Below are positions 22,188 through 30,493 of a stretch of 64,000 nucleotides of DNA, piece by piece. Position 1 is the stretch's first letter. Each line of letters starts with the position of its first letter. The notes beneath the pieces were generated by a model. It was not told the DNA's origin. It saw only the letters and a program-made list of their open reading frames with translations, and searched no databases. The position numbers were made by a program, and so were the translations under genes. This stretch comes from Paracoccaceae bacterium (GTDB lineage: Bacteria > Pseudomonadota > Alphaproteobacteria > Rhodobacterales > Rhodobacteraceae), in the NCBI GenBank assembly GCA_965205055.1, contig OZ242030.1, positions 787,116 to 851,115 of the forward strand, in the 5' to 3' direction.

Positions 22188-22430
22188 GGAAGCGCATCCC
22201 GGCAGTCAATTCTCTTCAGCAGAAGGCTCTCGTCGCCGGTCCGTTCGCAATTGCGCTGTTCGACCTGAATTGCATCAAGAGGCAGGCATTGGCGAGGTTG
22301 GAGCTGCCACGGGTATTCCGGAAAGCAATCGGCTAAACAGGCGAGCTGGAAACTCAATTCCGAGTATTCAAATTCCAGCCGATTCTTGATAGGCAAAGCC
22401 GATAAATTCGGCGATATCCGGCAACCCTCG
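22188..22430 (-). mobile_element. degenerate 3'-terminal remnant (copy F) of ISKra4-like IS
   Basis: Minus strand shows CGAGGGTTGCCGG..., out-of-frame pieces ...SSSPV*PIAFRNTRGSSNLANACLLMQFRSN..., and a terminal GGGATGCGCTTCC. This is collinear with remnants at 54838-55073 and 61720-61956. Confidence 0.5.
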
Positions 22431-22465
22431 AATTGGCTGAAACTTGCGACATAGGAGGAAGAACT

Positions 22466-24412
22466 ATGACTGGCATCTTGAATCCGCATGCTGATTTCGT
22501 GTCGAAGGCAAGAATTAATGCCGAGCAATTTCAATCTCTCTACAAGCAATCCATGGAAGATCAGGAAGGCTTCTGGAGCGAGGTCGCGCGGAACATCGAT
22601 TGGATCAAGCCCTTTGCGAAGGTGAAGAACGTCAATTTCAACAGCCCGGACATATCGATCAAGTGGTTCGAAGACGGAACGCTGAATGTATCCGCGAATT
22701 GCCTGGACAGGCATCTTGTGACCAGAGGCGACAAGACCGCGATCATCTGGGAACCGGACGATCCACGGATGGATTCGAAGCACGTCAGTTACCGCGAACT
22801 TCACGAGCAAACCTGCCGAATGGCCAACGTCTTGAAGCGACTTGGCGTATCCAGAGGCGACCGGGTCGTAATCTACTTGCCAATGATCCCTGAAGCTGCG
22901 GTCGCAATGCTGGCATGCGCGAGGATTGGCGCCATGCACTCCGTCGTTTTCGCCGGATTCAGCGCCGATGCGCTTGCGAATCGGATCAGCAACGCGGGCG
23001 CGAAACTGGTGATCACGGCCGACGAAGCCCCCCGCGGCGGCAAGACAACCCCGCTGAAGGCCAACGCCGACCGAGCTTTGGAGCATTGCAGCGACGATGT
23101 GCAGCTCCTCGTCGTGAAACGCACCGGCAATGCCGTCTCTTGGAATGATGATCGCGATCATGATTGCACGGCCTTGCTAGCCGACGCGTCTCCCGAATGT
23201 CCCGTCATGGAGATTGGCGCGGAGGAGCCGCTGTTCATTCTTTATACTTCAGGTTCGACGGGGCAGCCTAAAGGGGTGGTGCACACATCCGGAGGCTATC
23301 TCGTCTTCGCGGCATACACCCACCAGACCGTATTCGATTATCGGGAGGGCGACGTCTACTGGTGCACGGCTGACGTGGGATGGGTAACGGGCCACAGCTA
23401 CATCGTGTACGGCCCGCTGGCCAACGGAGCGACGACGCTGATGTTCGAGGGCGTGCCGACTTTCCCCGACTTCTCGCGCTTCTGGCAAATCTGCGACAAA
23501 CATCAGGTCAATCAATTCTATACAGCTCCGACGGCGATCAGGGCGCTCATGGGCAAAGGCGACCAGTGGGTCAAGAAATGCGATCTAGGTTCGCTTCGAG
23601 TGCTCGGAACGGTCGGAGAGCCAATCAATCCGGAAGCTTGGCGTTGGTATTTCAATATAGTCGGCAAGTCCCGTTGTCCGATCGTGGACACTTGGTGGCA
23701 GACTGAAACCGGCGGACATCTCATCACGTCTTTGCCCGGCGCCATGCCCATGAAGCCGGGTTCGGCCGCAAAGCCGTTTTTCGGCGTTGAACCTGTCGTT
23801 GTCGACCCGGCGACGGGCAGTGAGATCGGGAGTACGGAGGCATCGGGAGTGCTATGCATCAAGGATAGCTGGCCCGGCCAGATGCGCACGATCTACGGGA
23901 ATCACCAAAGATTTGTGGAGACGTATTTCAGCCAGTATCCCGGACTCTACTTCACGGGGGACGGATGCATTCGCGATGCCGACGGATATTACTGGATCAC
24001 GGGGCGAGTTGACGATGTGTTGAACGTTTCGGGACACCGTTTGGGAACAGCCGAGATCGAAAGCGCGCTGGTGCAGCACAAGGACGTGGCTGAATCTGCC
24101 GTGGTCGGTTATCCGCATGATGTCAAAGGCCAAGGCATATACGCGTATGTCACTCTGAACGTCGGGGTCGAGCCATCCGACGAATTGAAAGCGGAACTGG
24201 TTGCGATGGTCAGATCGGAAATCGGCCCGATCGCCAGACCGGACTATTTGCAATGGTCCCCGAATCTCCCAAAGACCCGTTCCGGCAAAATCATGCGCCG
24301 GATACTGCGCAAAATCGCTGAAAACGACTTTGGCGCGCTGGGCGACACCTCGACGCTGGCCGAGCCCGAAGTCGTGGACGACCTCATTGCCAGCCGCTTG
24401 AACCGCGCTTGA
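22466..24412 (+). CDS. acs: acetyl-CoA synthetase
   Basis: [14 protein letters not shown]-binding motif; 648 aa from ATG 22466 after AGGAGGA. Confidence 0.95.
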   Translation: MTGILNPHADFVSKARINAEQFQSLYKQSMEDQEGFWSEVARNIDWIKPFAKVKNVNFNSPDISIKWFEDGTLNVSANCLDRHLVTRGDKTAIIWEPDDPRMDSKHVSYRELHEQTCRMANVLKRLGVSRGDRVVIYLPMIPEAAVAMLACARIGAMHSVVFAGFSADALANRISNAGAKLVITADEAPRGGKTTPLKANADRALEHCSDDVQLLVVKRTGNAVSWNDDRDHDCTALLADASPECPVMEIGAEEPLFILYTSGSTGQPKGVVHTSGGYLVFAAYTHQTVFDYREGDVYWCTADVGWVTGHSYIVYGPLANGATTLMFEGVPTFPDFSRFWQICDKHQVNQFYTAPTAIRALMGKGDQWVKKCDLGSLRVLGTVGEPINPEAWRWYFNIVGKSRCPIVDTWWQTETGGHLITSLPGAMPMKPGSAAKPFFGVEPVVVDPATGSEIGSTEASGVLCIKDSWPGQMRTIYGNHQRFVETYFSQYPGLYFTGDGCIRDADGYYWITGRVDDVLNVSGHRLGTAEIESALVQHKDVAESAVVGYPHDVKGQGIYAYVTLNVGVEPSDELKAELVAMVRSEIGPIARPDYLQWSPNLPKTRSGKIMRRILRKIAENDFGALGDTSTLAEPEVVDDLIASRLNRA

Positions 24413-24568
24413 CCGCAATTCCAAGCAGGCAACCACGACAAGAAACGGAGCATTCCTTCGGTGCAGCATAGCCGGACTCATGCCCGAAGCCACTCCGAGC
24501 GGCGGCGCAATATTCGACTGCGGAACCGAGCAGTCCTTTTTTCAACGAAATAGGCGCGATACAAATTT

Positions 24569-25270
24569 ATGGCTCCAAGAGATGTTCAAATTGCGCCGTC
24601 GATCCTTAGCGCCGATGCTGCGGATCTCGCGCGCGAGTGCGCCGCACTTCAAGATGCCGGGTGCGACTGGATCCATTTTGATGCGATGGACGGGCATTTC
24701 GTGCCCAACCTGACTTTTGGCGCTCGCACTTGCGCCGCGATTCGACCTCATGTCCAATCGCTCTTGGATGTCCACCTGATGATATCGCCGGTGGATCCTT
24801 TGGTCGGCTCGTTTGTCGAAGCCGGCGCAGACATTATTACCGTGCATGTTGAATCAGGACCTCACATCCACCGGACCTTGCAAAACATAAGATCAATGGG
24901 ATGCCGCCCAGGAATTGCGCTGAACCCCGGCACTCCGGCCTCGGCGATATCGAACCTTTTGGATGTCGTCGATCTTGTATGCGTCATGACGGTTAATCCG
25001 GGATTCGGCGGTCAGGATTTCATCAGGAGTCAGATTGCGAAAATCGAGGAGATCGCGCGAATGATTGGCGACCTGCCCGTGCATTTGGAGGTTGACGGCG
25101 GGATATCGAAAGAGACGGCAGTGCTTGCGACGCAAGCTGGGGCCGACGTGCTGGTCGCAGGCACGTCAGTTTTCGAGGGCGGCTCTGCCGATGAAGCGGA
25201 AGTCTATCGACAGAACATCCTTGACCTTCGCACCGCAGCTGTCGAAGGCGCTGGCGACACGAGCCAGTAA
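24569..25270 (+). CDS. rpe: ribulose-phosphate 3-epimerase
   Basis: IAPSILSAD...HFDAMDGHFVPNLTFG...VNPGFGGQ. Confidence 0.93.
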   Translation: MAPRDVQIAPSILSADAADLARECAALQDAGCDWIHFDAMDGHFVPNLTFGARTCAAIRPHVQSLLDVHLMISPVDPLVGSFVEAGADIITVHVESGPHIHRTLQNIRSMGCRPGIALNPGTPASAISNLLDVVDLVCVMTVNPGFGGQDFIRSQIAKIEEIARMIGDLPVHLEVDGGISKETAVLATQAGADVLVAGTSVFEGGSADEAEVYRQNILDLRTAAVEGAGDTSQ

Positions 25271-25357
25271 TCCGGCTTCCGTTGCAGAATCTGGACAATG
25301 CGGGAGTTCGCGCTCATATATTGCTCGATGCAGAAAATTTTGAAGTAGGACAGACAG

Positions 25358-25906
25358 ATGGCTGAACATTCTCCGGTTTGCGATTTCGGATGGAAAGCGC
25401 CCGAATTCAAACTGCCGTCGACCGACGGCAGACAATTGTCGCTGAGCGACATCGCGGGCGAGAACGGCACTCTCGTCACGTTCATCTGCAACCATTGCCC
25501 TTACGTCCACGCGGTGATCGACAGGCTGATTGCCGAGGTCTCCGCGCTGGAGAAATTCGGAATCGGCGCGGCTGCGATCTGTTCTAACGATGCAACGAAT
25601 TATCCGGATGATTCCTTTCCGAACATGGTGAAATTCGCGAAGAGAAACAGGTTCAATTTCCCTTACCTGCACGACGAGGACCAATCGGTGGCGAGGGCTT
25701 ACGGCGCAAGCTGCACGCCGGATTTCTTCGGGTTCAATTCAAGGAATGAACTTCAATATCGGGGCCGGCTGGACAGTGCTCGGCAAGCCGGGCGTTCCGA
25801 AGATACCCGCCGCGAACTTTACGAGGCGATGGTCGGGATATCGAAAACTGGCAACGGCCCCGAACACCAAATTCCTTCGATGGGTTGCTCCATCAAGTGG
25901 AAATGA
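25358..25906 (+). CDS. thioredoxin-fold (AhpC/TSA-like) protein
   Basis: CNHCPY CxxC motif in a thioredoxin-fold context; 182 aa. Confidence 0.75.
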   Translation: MAEHSPVCDFGWKAPEFKLPSTDGRQLSLSDIAGENGTLVTFICNHCPYVHAVIDRLIAEVSALEKFGIGAAAICSNDATNYPDDSFPNMVKFAKRNRFNFPYLHDEDQSVARAYGASCTPDFFGFNSRNELQYRGRLDSARQAGRSEDTRRELYEAMVGISKTGNGPEHQIPSMGCSIKWK

Positions 25907-25977
25907 AGCCATCGAAACCTTTGCCACGAATTGAACCAGCGGAGTGACTTTCTCAGTCCGCGACGCTTCAAGGATCG

Positions 25978-27093
25978 TCATACCCCGCCCCAGATTTCTT
26001 CGGCTGTCTTGACGACAAGCTCCAATTTTTTCCATTGCTCGTATTCGGTAAGCTTGTTGCCTTCTTCCGTTGAAGCAAACCCGCATTGCGGCGCGATGCC
26101 CAGTTGCTCGATGTCCGCATGTTTCGAAGCTTCGTCGAATTTCCTTTTCAGGTCATCGACCGATTCCAGTTCTCCCGATTTCGTCGTGATGAACCCCGGC
26201 AGCACGCGTTGTTTTCCGCGCGGCAGGAGACTGAGCGGCTCCAGCCCGCCAGCTCGCTCCGTGTCGTACTCCATGAAGAAGACGTCGACGCCGGTTTTGT
26301 TGAAAATGGCGGCGGCGGCGGGGTCGTAGCCGCCGGCCGCCGCGTGAGCGGACTGAAAGTTGCCTCGGCACATATGCATCGCGATCGTCAGATCATCCGG
26401 CCGGTCCTTGATTGCCTCATTCATCATCCATGCGTATCGATCAATCAGCCAATCAGGATCTTGGCCCAGATCCCGCTTGGCATTCCGGTGCACCGGATCG
26501 CAAAGGTACGCAAAGAAAATATCGTCCATCTGCAAGTAACGGCATCCGACTTCATAGAACGCATTCAATGCATCGCGATAGACGGCGGCAATATCGGCGA
26601 ACAAAATATTCAAGTCTTGGTATTCTTGCGGAAGGATGTCTTCCAGCGCCACTCGGAAATGGCAACAGCTGGGCCCGGGAATTGAAATCTTGGGCAGCAC
26701 GGACGTGTTGTCGGCCACGAATTGAAAATGCTCCAACATCGGGTGGTCGCCTGGAAAGCCGAGCTTTCCGGAGATGACCGGAAAAATCGGGCGCAAATTT
26801 ACGCCGGCGAATCGGACGCCTTCATCCTTTTCCACAAGATCCAAGCCGTCCAGCATTCCCATGAAGTCATAGTGCCAAAAGGATCTGCGGCATTCGCCAT
26901 CCGTGACGCATCTAAGCCCGATACTTTCCTGAGTCCTGATGGCAGCCTTTATCGCGTCATCTTCCGCACGCTTGAGCTCTTCGTTGCAAATGCCGTCATT
27001 GTCTCGATGTCTTTTTCGCAGCTCCGCCACTGCAGACGGGCGCAGCAAGCTTCCAACATGATCCGCCCTGAATGGCGCGGCATTGTCGCTCAT
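25978..27093 (-). CDS. cobalamin-independent methionine synthase-like (MetE C-terminal family) protein
   Basis: 371 aa. FRADHVGSLLRP..., the HMCRGN and FMEYD regions are typical of the short MetE-like family. Confidence 0.8.
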   Translation of the reverse strand: MSDNAAPFRADHVGSLLRPSAVAELRKRHRDNDGICNEELKRAEDDAIKAAIRTQESIGLRCVTDGECRRSFWHYDFMGMLDGLDLVEKDEGVRFAGVNLRPIFPVISGKLGFPGDHPMLEHFQFVADNTSVLPKISIPGPSCCHFRVALEDILPQEYQDLNILFADIAAVYRDALNAFYEVGCRYLQMDDIFFAYLCDPVHRNAKRDLGQDPDWLIDRYAWMMNEAIKDRPDDLTIAMHMCRGNFQSAHAAAGGYDPAAAAIFNKTGVDVFFMEYDTERAGGLEPLSLLPRGKQRVLPGFITTKSGELESVDDLKRKFDEASKHADIEQLGIAPQCGFASTEEGNKLTEYEQWKKLELVVKTAEEIWGGV

Positions 27094-27559
27094 CCTTGTA
27101 TCCTTTCTTCACGATTCCGTTCATCCGCCCTCACCTGCCCGGACGTATGCATGCGAGTCTTCCCAACCAGTTCCGCCGACAAGAATGAACTTTGCCAAAC
27201 TGCGGACGCGATATCAAGAAATCAAATGGAACTGGTTTTCAATGCGCCTTTTCAGCAAGAAAAATGCGAGCGGCGAAGCCAAAACAAATAGAAAATTTAA
27301 GGATGCTCAGCACCCGATTGGAATTCCAAAAAAGATTGATGTGAAGCACATTTCATTGTATTCAAGATAACATTCATGCCGCACGGCAAAATGAATCGGC
27401 CACGATCCAGAGGCCATCATCAGGCCCAACAATCTTCCGCAGGTTCTCGATTGGAACGGCATCCATGTGGTCGGCATTGCGGAACGGCCGCCCGCGGAAC
27501 TTGATCACATTTTCATGTCCGAAATGGGTGCCAGCGGCGGACCGGTTGGCCATGGCCTC

Positions 27560-27856
27560 TCATTGTTTCGCGTTCAGCATTGCCTGTCACGGGATGGCGT
27601 TCATGCGGGATTGGCAGCCCTTGCCTCCGGCATTTAGCCAAGCCAGCACATCGGAGTCCAGACGGGTCTTGATCTGCTACTTGACCGGACAGTAATGCCT
27701 GTGCCGTTTCATCTCTGCGATCTGTGCGTCGGTCAGCTCGGGAATATCGCTCGTGTCGACCTCATCGTCGGGCTTCGCGGCCAAGCGTTTGAGGTTCTCC
27801 TTCTGTGCTTCCGTCAAAGGCGGGAGCGTATCGCGTGCATTTTTAACCGTCTTCAT
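27560..27856 (-). pseudogene. BrnA-type antitoxin with in-frame TAG
   Basis: MKTVKNARDTLPPLTEAQKENLKRLAAKPDDEVDTSDIPELTDAQIAEMKRHRHYCPVK*QIKTRLDSDVLAWLNAGGKGCQSRMNAILRQAMLNAKQ. The stop at 27677-27679 replaces the conserved K of ..PVKKQI. Confidence 0.7.
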
Positions 27857-28127
27857 ATCGTTTTCTTTCTTTATGCGTTGCGGAACGAGCCGAAATGATG
27901 CGGGTCAGCTCGACTGGCTCATCCGTCGGCCCCTTTCCGTTAACGTGTGGGCTGCCAGAACTACGGTCAGCCCGTCGATCCGGCCAACCGACTGCCGACC
28001 GTAGCTCTCCACAACCTCAGGACAGCTCGATCAATCAAAGGAAACACGCATCCCCAAATTTTTCAATACAAAAACTGAGGAAAGATTGCTTCAGAATACG
28101 AAGGTTTCAAATTTGACGGCTGCGCAT
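27843..28127 (-). pseudogene. BrnT-type toxin, multiple stops and frameshifts
   Basis: Pieces ..GMRVSFD*.., ..GRIDGLTVVLAAHTLTERG.. and ..RIISARSATHKERKRYEDG* lie in different frames. The intact length would be 94 aa. It overlaps the brnA start. Confidence 0.6.
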
Positions 28128-28816
28128 CAGTTCCTTGGTTCTTTGAGCCAGATAGTTTCCGATCCCCTGCCATCTCCTATCTCTACAACACGTTCAACAT
28201 GGTCGACAAGATCATAAACGGCGTATTTTACAGCAACCTCCACAAGGCTGGTTCGTCTTCTCATTTTCAGCGAGGATGGTTCCGCGCCAAGGCGAGCGAA
28301 GGTATTTTCATCTCGATAAGCAATATTTTTATTCTTTGTAAATCCGCTGTTTATCGGTGATAAATAAATTTTCTGTCCATTGGTTTTCAACAAACTTTCT
28401 GTATTCACTACCAATACGGTATTTCGGTATTTTTTGTAAATCATAAGCATCCTTTTGAGTCTTTCCTTGCAGGGGAAGAAAAAGACCATGCCGTTAAGGA
28501 TCTTGTACCAGCATGCCGGACTCATGTCTCTTGGCAGCGCTTTTCGCAATCCGTCATCGGACAAAGGCCACTGATCTCGTATCGAGACATTGTCGTGAAC
28601 GGGATGATTCAGTGCAACCCAGTCAGGACGGCGGCAAGATTCAATCTTGTATCTTGGTTCTCCCTTGTATTGAAAAAGATCGAGCAACGCAGTCGTTGAC
28701 AGCAACCCGTGCTTTCTGATCGAAGGCCAGCTACCCGGCGCAGACATATGGTAGATAAACGGGTGATTCCGTACCAACGCTTCAGCGGTTAGCATTGAGC
28801 TGCCCCACATTCGCAC
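28127..28816 (-). CDS. hypothetical protein, AT-rich, possible ADP-ribosyltransferase-like fold
   Basis: 229-aa intact ORF, visibly AT-richer than its neighbours. N-terminal HPFIYHMSAPGSWPSIRKHGLLS resembles the YH.T...SI...GLLS start of DarT-type enzymes (weak, from memory). Its stop overlaps the brnT ATG (TGATG). Confidence 0.6.
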   Translation of the reverse strand: MRMWGSSMLTAEALVRNHPFIYHMSAPGSWPSIRKHGLLSTTALLDLFQYKGEPRYKIESCRRPDWVALNHPVHDNVSIRDQWPLSDDGLRKALPRDMSPACWYKILNGMVFFFPCKERLKRMLMIYKKYRNTVLVVNTESLLKTNGQKIYLSPINSGFTKNKNIAYRDENTFARLGAEPSSLKMRRRTSLVEVAVKYAVYDLVDHVERVVEIGDGRGSETIWLKEPRN

Positions 28817-29040
28817 CTATTGCCAAGAGCGTTCATGACTTGGTCCCTCAAAAAACAACAGGCCGCCCAGCGCAGTTCAAGTTTCATGCTGCCTGAAATT
28901 CGTTTGGCGATCAAAACCGTTGTTCAATCCATTAAATCCAACCAATGCAACGCGATCAAGAGTTCACGACGATGAAGCAAGGCGCACTGCTTTCGTGTTT
29001 CGATTGCGAACTTGCCAACAGGTGAAAGATGGCGATGCGT

Positions 29041-29049
29041 CTCCGAATT
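29041..29049. repeat. target-site duplication, left copy (CTCCGAATT)
   Basis: Identical 9-mer at 30411-30419, each abutting a terminal inverted repeat. Confidence 0.85.
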
Positions 29050-29216
29050 GGGTGCATCCCATGTTTTTTGGTGAAGTGATCGCGGCGCTGCACTTCCTCC
29101 AATCGATGATTTCGTGCCTGCGGTTGTTTTCCAAGCCGCATTCGCAGAGCGCGGGGCGTTGGCTTCGGACTTCGACCAGCGGGCATCATGTCTGACCAAA
29201 TGTACGGGATGCACCC
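29050..29216 (-). mobile_element. MITE copy A (IS left end fused to last ~130 bp of the IS)
   Basis: Imperfect TIRs of about 23 bp: GGGTGCATCCCATGTTTTTTGGT / GGGTGCATCCCGTACATTTGGTC. Internal sequence is homologous to the transposase 3' end seen in remnants D, E and F. Confidence 0.8.
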
Positions 29217-29424
29217 GCCGATCCTTGGTACAGGCCAAAACCTGTCGAGCCTAGACAAACAATTGTCCGAGAGGGTTCTGTTTGCGGATGGAAGCTCATT
29301 CCGGCATTTGTTGGGCAAGCGACGCCCAAGTCAGCTCTTCAGCACAATCCTTTCGAGCAGAACCGATCTGCCGTCTACCTTCCCTGTGCGGCACGCGTGG
29401 TCATTTGTTCGGCCAATTCGGCCG

Positions 29425-29943
29425 TCATGGAGCTGCGGGCAGCCGATCTTCGACCACCACTTCAATGCGGGTCAATCGTTCGCGGATCTCGCCAATTTCG
29501 GCACGGATCTCGCCAATTTCGGCACGGATATCACCAATTTCTGCCCAGAGCTCGTCAAATTTAGCCTCGACTTTAGTCTCGAAACTTCTGAGATCTTCGC
29601 GCACGTCGCTGCGGAGTTCACTGATCTCGCCGCGAACATCTGAGATCTCGCCGCGAACGTCTGAGATCTCGCTGCGAATGGTGTCACTAAGCCAATAGAT
29701 CGCTCCCAATTGCACGGTCACCACGGCGGCGGCGGCCATGATGCCTGTCAAGACAATGACTGCCTTTGAACCAGAACTTTGCGTGGATTCCCGCGGGCGA
29801 GATTCGGCTGCAGCCACAAAGGATTTCATTGCCTTCTCGACTGAGCTGTCAACAGCCTTCTCGACGAATTCGCCAAGCGCCTTCGCGGTCTTGGGATCCA
29901 CGCCGCTTGATGTAAGCAGTTCCATCGAAGGTGCATTGGCCAT
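29425..29943 (-). CDS. heptad-repeat membrane protein (DUF1640-like by recollection)
   Basis: 172 aa: MANAPSMELLTSSGVDPKTAKALGEF..., one TM (AVIVLTGIMAAAAVVTVQLGAIYWL), then EISDVRG x3 and AEIGEIR x3 heptads. Confidence 0.7.
   Translation of the reverse strand: MANAPSMELLTSSGVDPKTAKALGEFVEKAVDSSVEKAMKSFVAAAESRPRESTQSSGSKAVIVLTGIMAAAAVVTVQLGAIYWLSDTIRSEISDVRGEISDVRGEISELRSDVREDLRSFETKVEAKFDELWAEIGDIRAEIGEIRAEIGEIRERLTRIEVVVEDRLPAAP
29485..29685 (-). repeat. two blocks of in-frame 21-bp tandem repeats inside the CDS
   Basis: GATCTCGCCAATTTCGGCACG x2 plus a degenerate third (29485-29547). GATCTCGCCGCGAACATCTGA x2 plus a degenerate third (29623-29685). Confidence 0.9.
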
Positions 29944-30244
29944 GATGGGACAATAGACGCAAGAGAGCAGGACTTCAAGACGAAATTCTGGTCGCATGCC
30001 CGCCGAGGTACTGCGCTTGCGTCGCGCATGCGCCCGCCGGGACAGAATTTCGCACAACATGGAACCCGCGACAACTTTGCCTTGACAAGCGCGCGCGCAT
30101 TTTTGAAATCCGGCACGCGCGGACGGATGCATTCGTCAACGCGAAATCCATGCGAGCCGGTTGCGCCGAATCACGTTGCCTGCCGGGATGCGGCAACGGA
30201 CTGCAGCAAGATCACGGGAATACACGACTGAGGCTTCTGGAAGC

Positions 30245-30410
30245 GGGGCGCAATCCCATGTTTTTTGATGAAGTGATTGCCCGGCATTTCCTCCAATCGA
30301 TGATTTCGGGCCTGCGATTGCTTTACAAGCCGCATTCGCGGCGAGCAGGGCGTTGGCTTCTGACTTCGATCAGCGGGCATCATGTCTGACCAAATGTACG
30401 GGATGCACCC
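30245..30410 (-). mobile_element. MITE copy B
   Basis: Collinear with copy A throughout. The inner terminus is degenerate (GGGGCGCAATCCC) and the outer terminus is perfect. Confidence 0.8.
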
Positions 30411-30419
30411 CTCCGAATT
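30411..30419. repeat. target-site duplication, right copy (CTCCGAATT)
   Basis: See 29041-29049. Confidence 0.85.
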
Positions 30420-30493
30420 TGGCAAGGTGACATTACCATCTTTTTTCCGCAAAAAGGTGGGCACATGAATCAAAGTCGGAACCAGACAAGTCC

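Larger units (their letters stand above)
29050..30410 (-). mobile_element. MITE-bounded composite cassette (1,361 bp)
   Basis: Outer termini GGGTGCATCCC (29050-29060) and GGGATGCACCC (30400-30410) are perfect inverted repeats, flanked by the direct 9-bp CTCCGAATT. Each end is a ~166-bp MITE, and the interior carries one CDS. Confidence 0.8.

Noticed and set aside
22088-22400. Cys-rich small protein at the C-terminal end of the long minus-strand ORF 22088-23161
   Set aside because: The segment is collinear with the IS 3'-end remnants D and E and ends in the IS terminus, so the apparent ORF is that remnant read out of frame. The rest of the ORF is antisense to acs.
27094-27330. Cobalamin or SAM-II riboswitch in the 5' region of the MetE-like gene
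   Set aside because: I could not find a B12 box (GCCACTG-like) or the SAM-II AAAGCU/GCUU pseudoknot elements by eye. This is not excluded without a covariance-model scan.
29485-29685. CRISPR-like regular repeats
   Set aside because: The repeats are 21 bp, directly abutting with no spacers, and lie in frame inside a CDS where they encode heptads.
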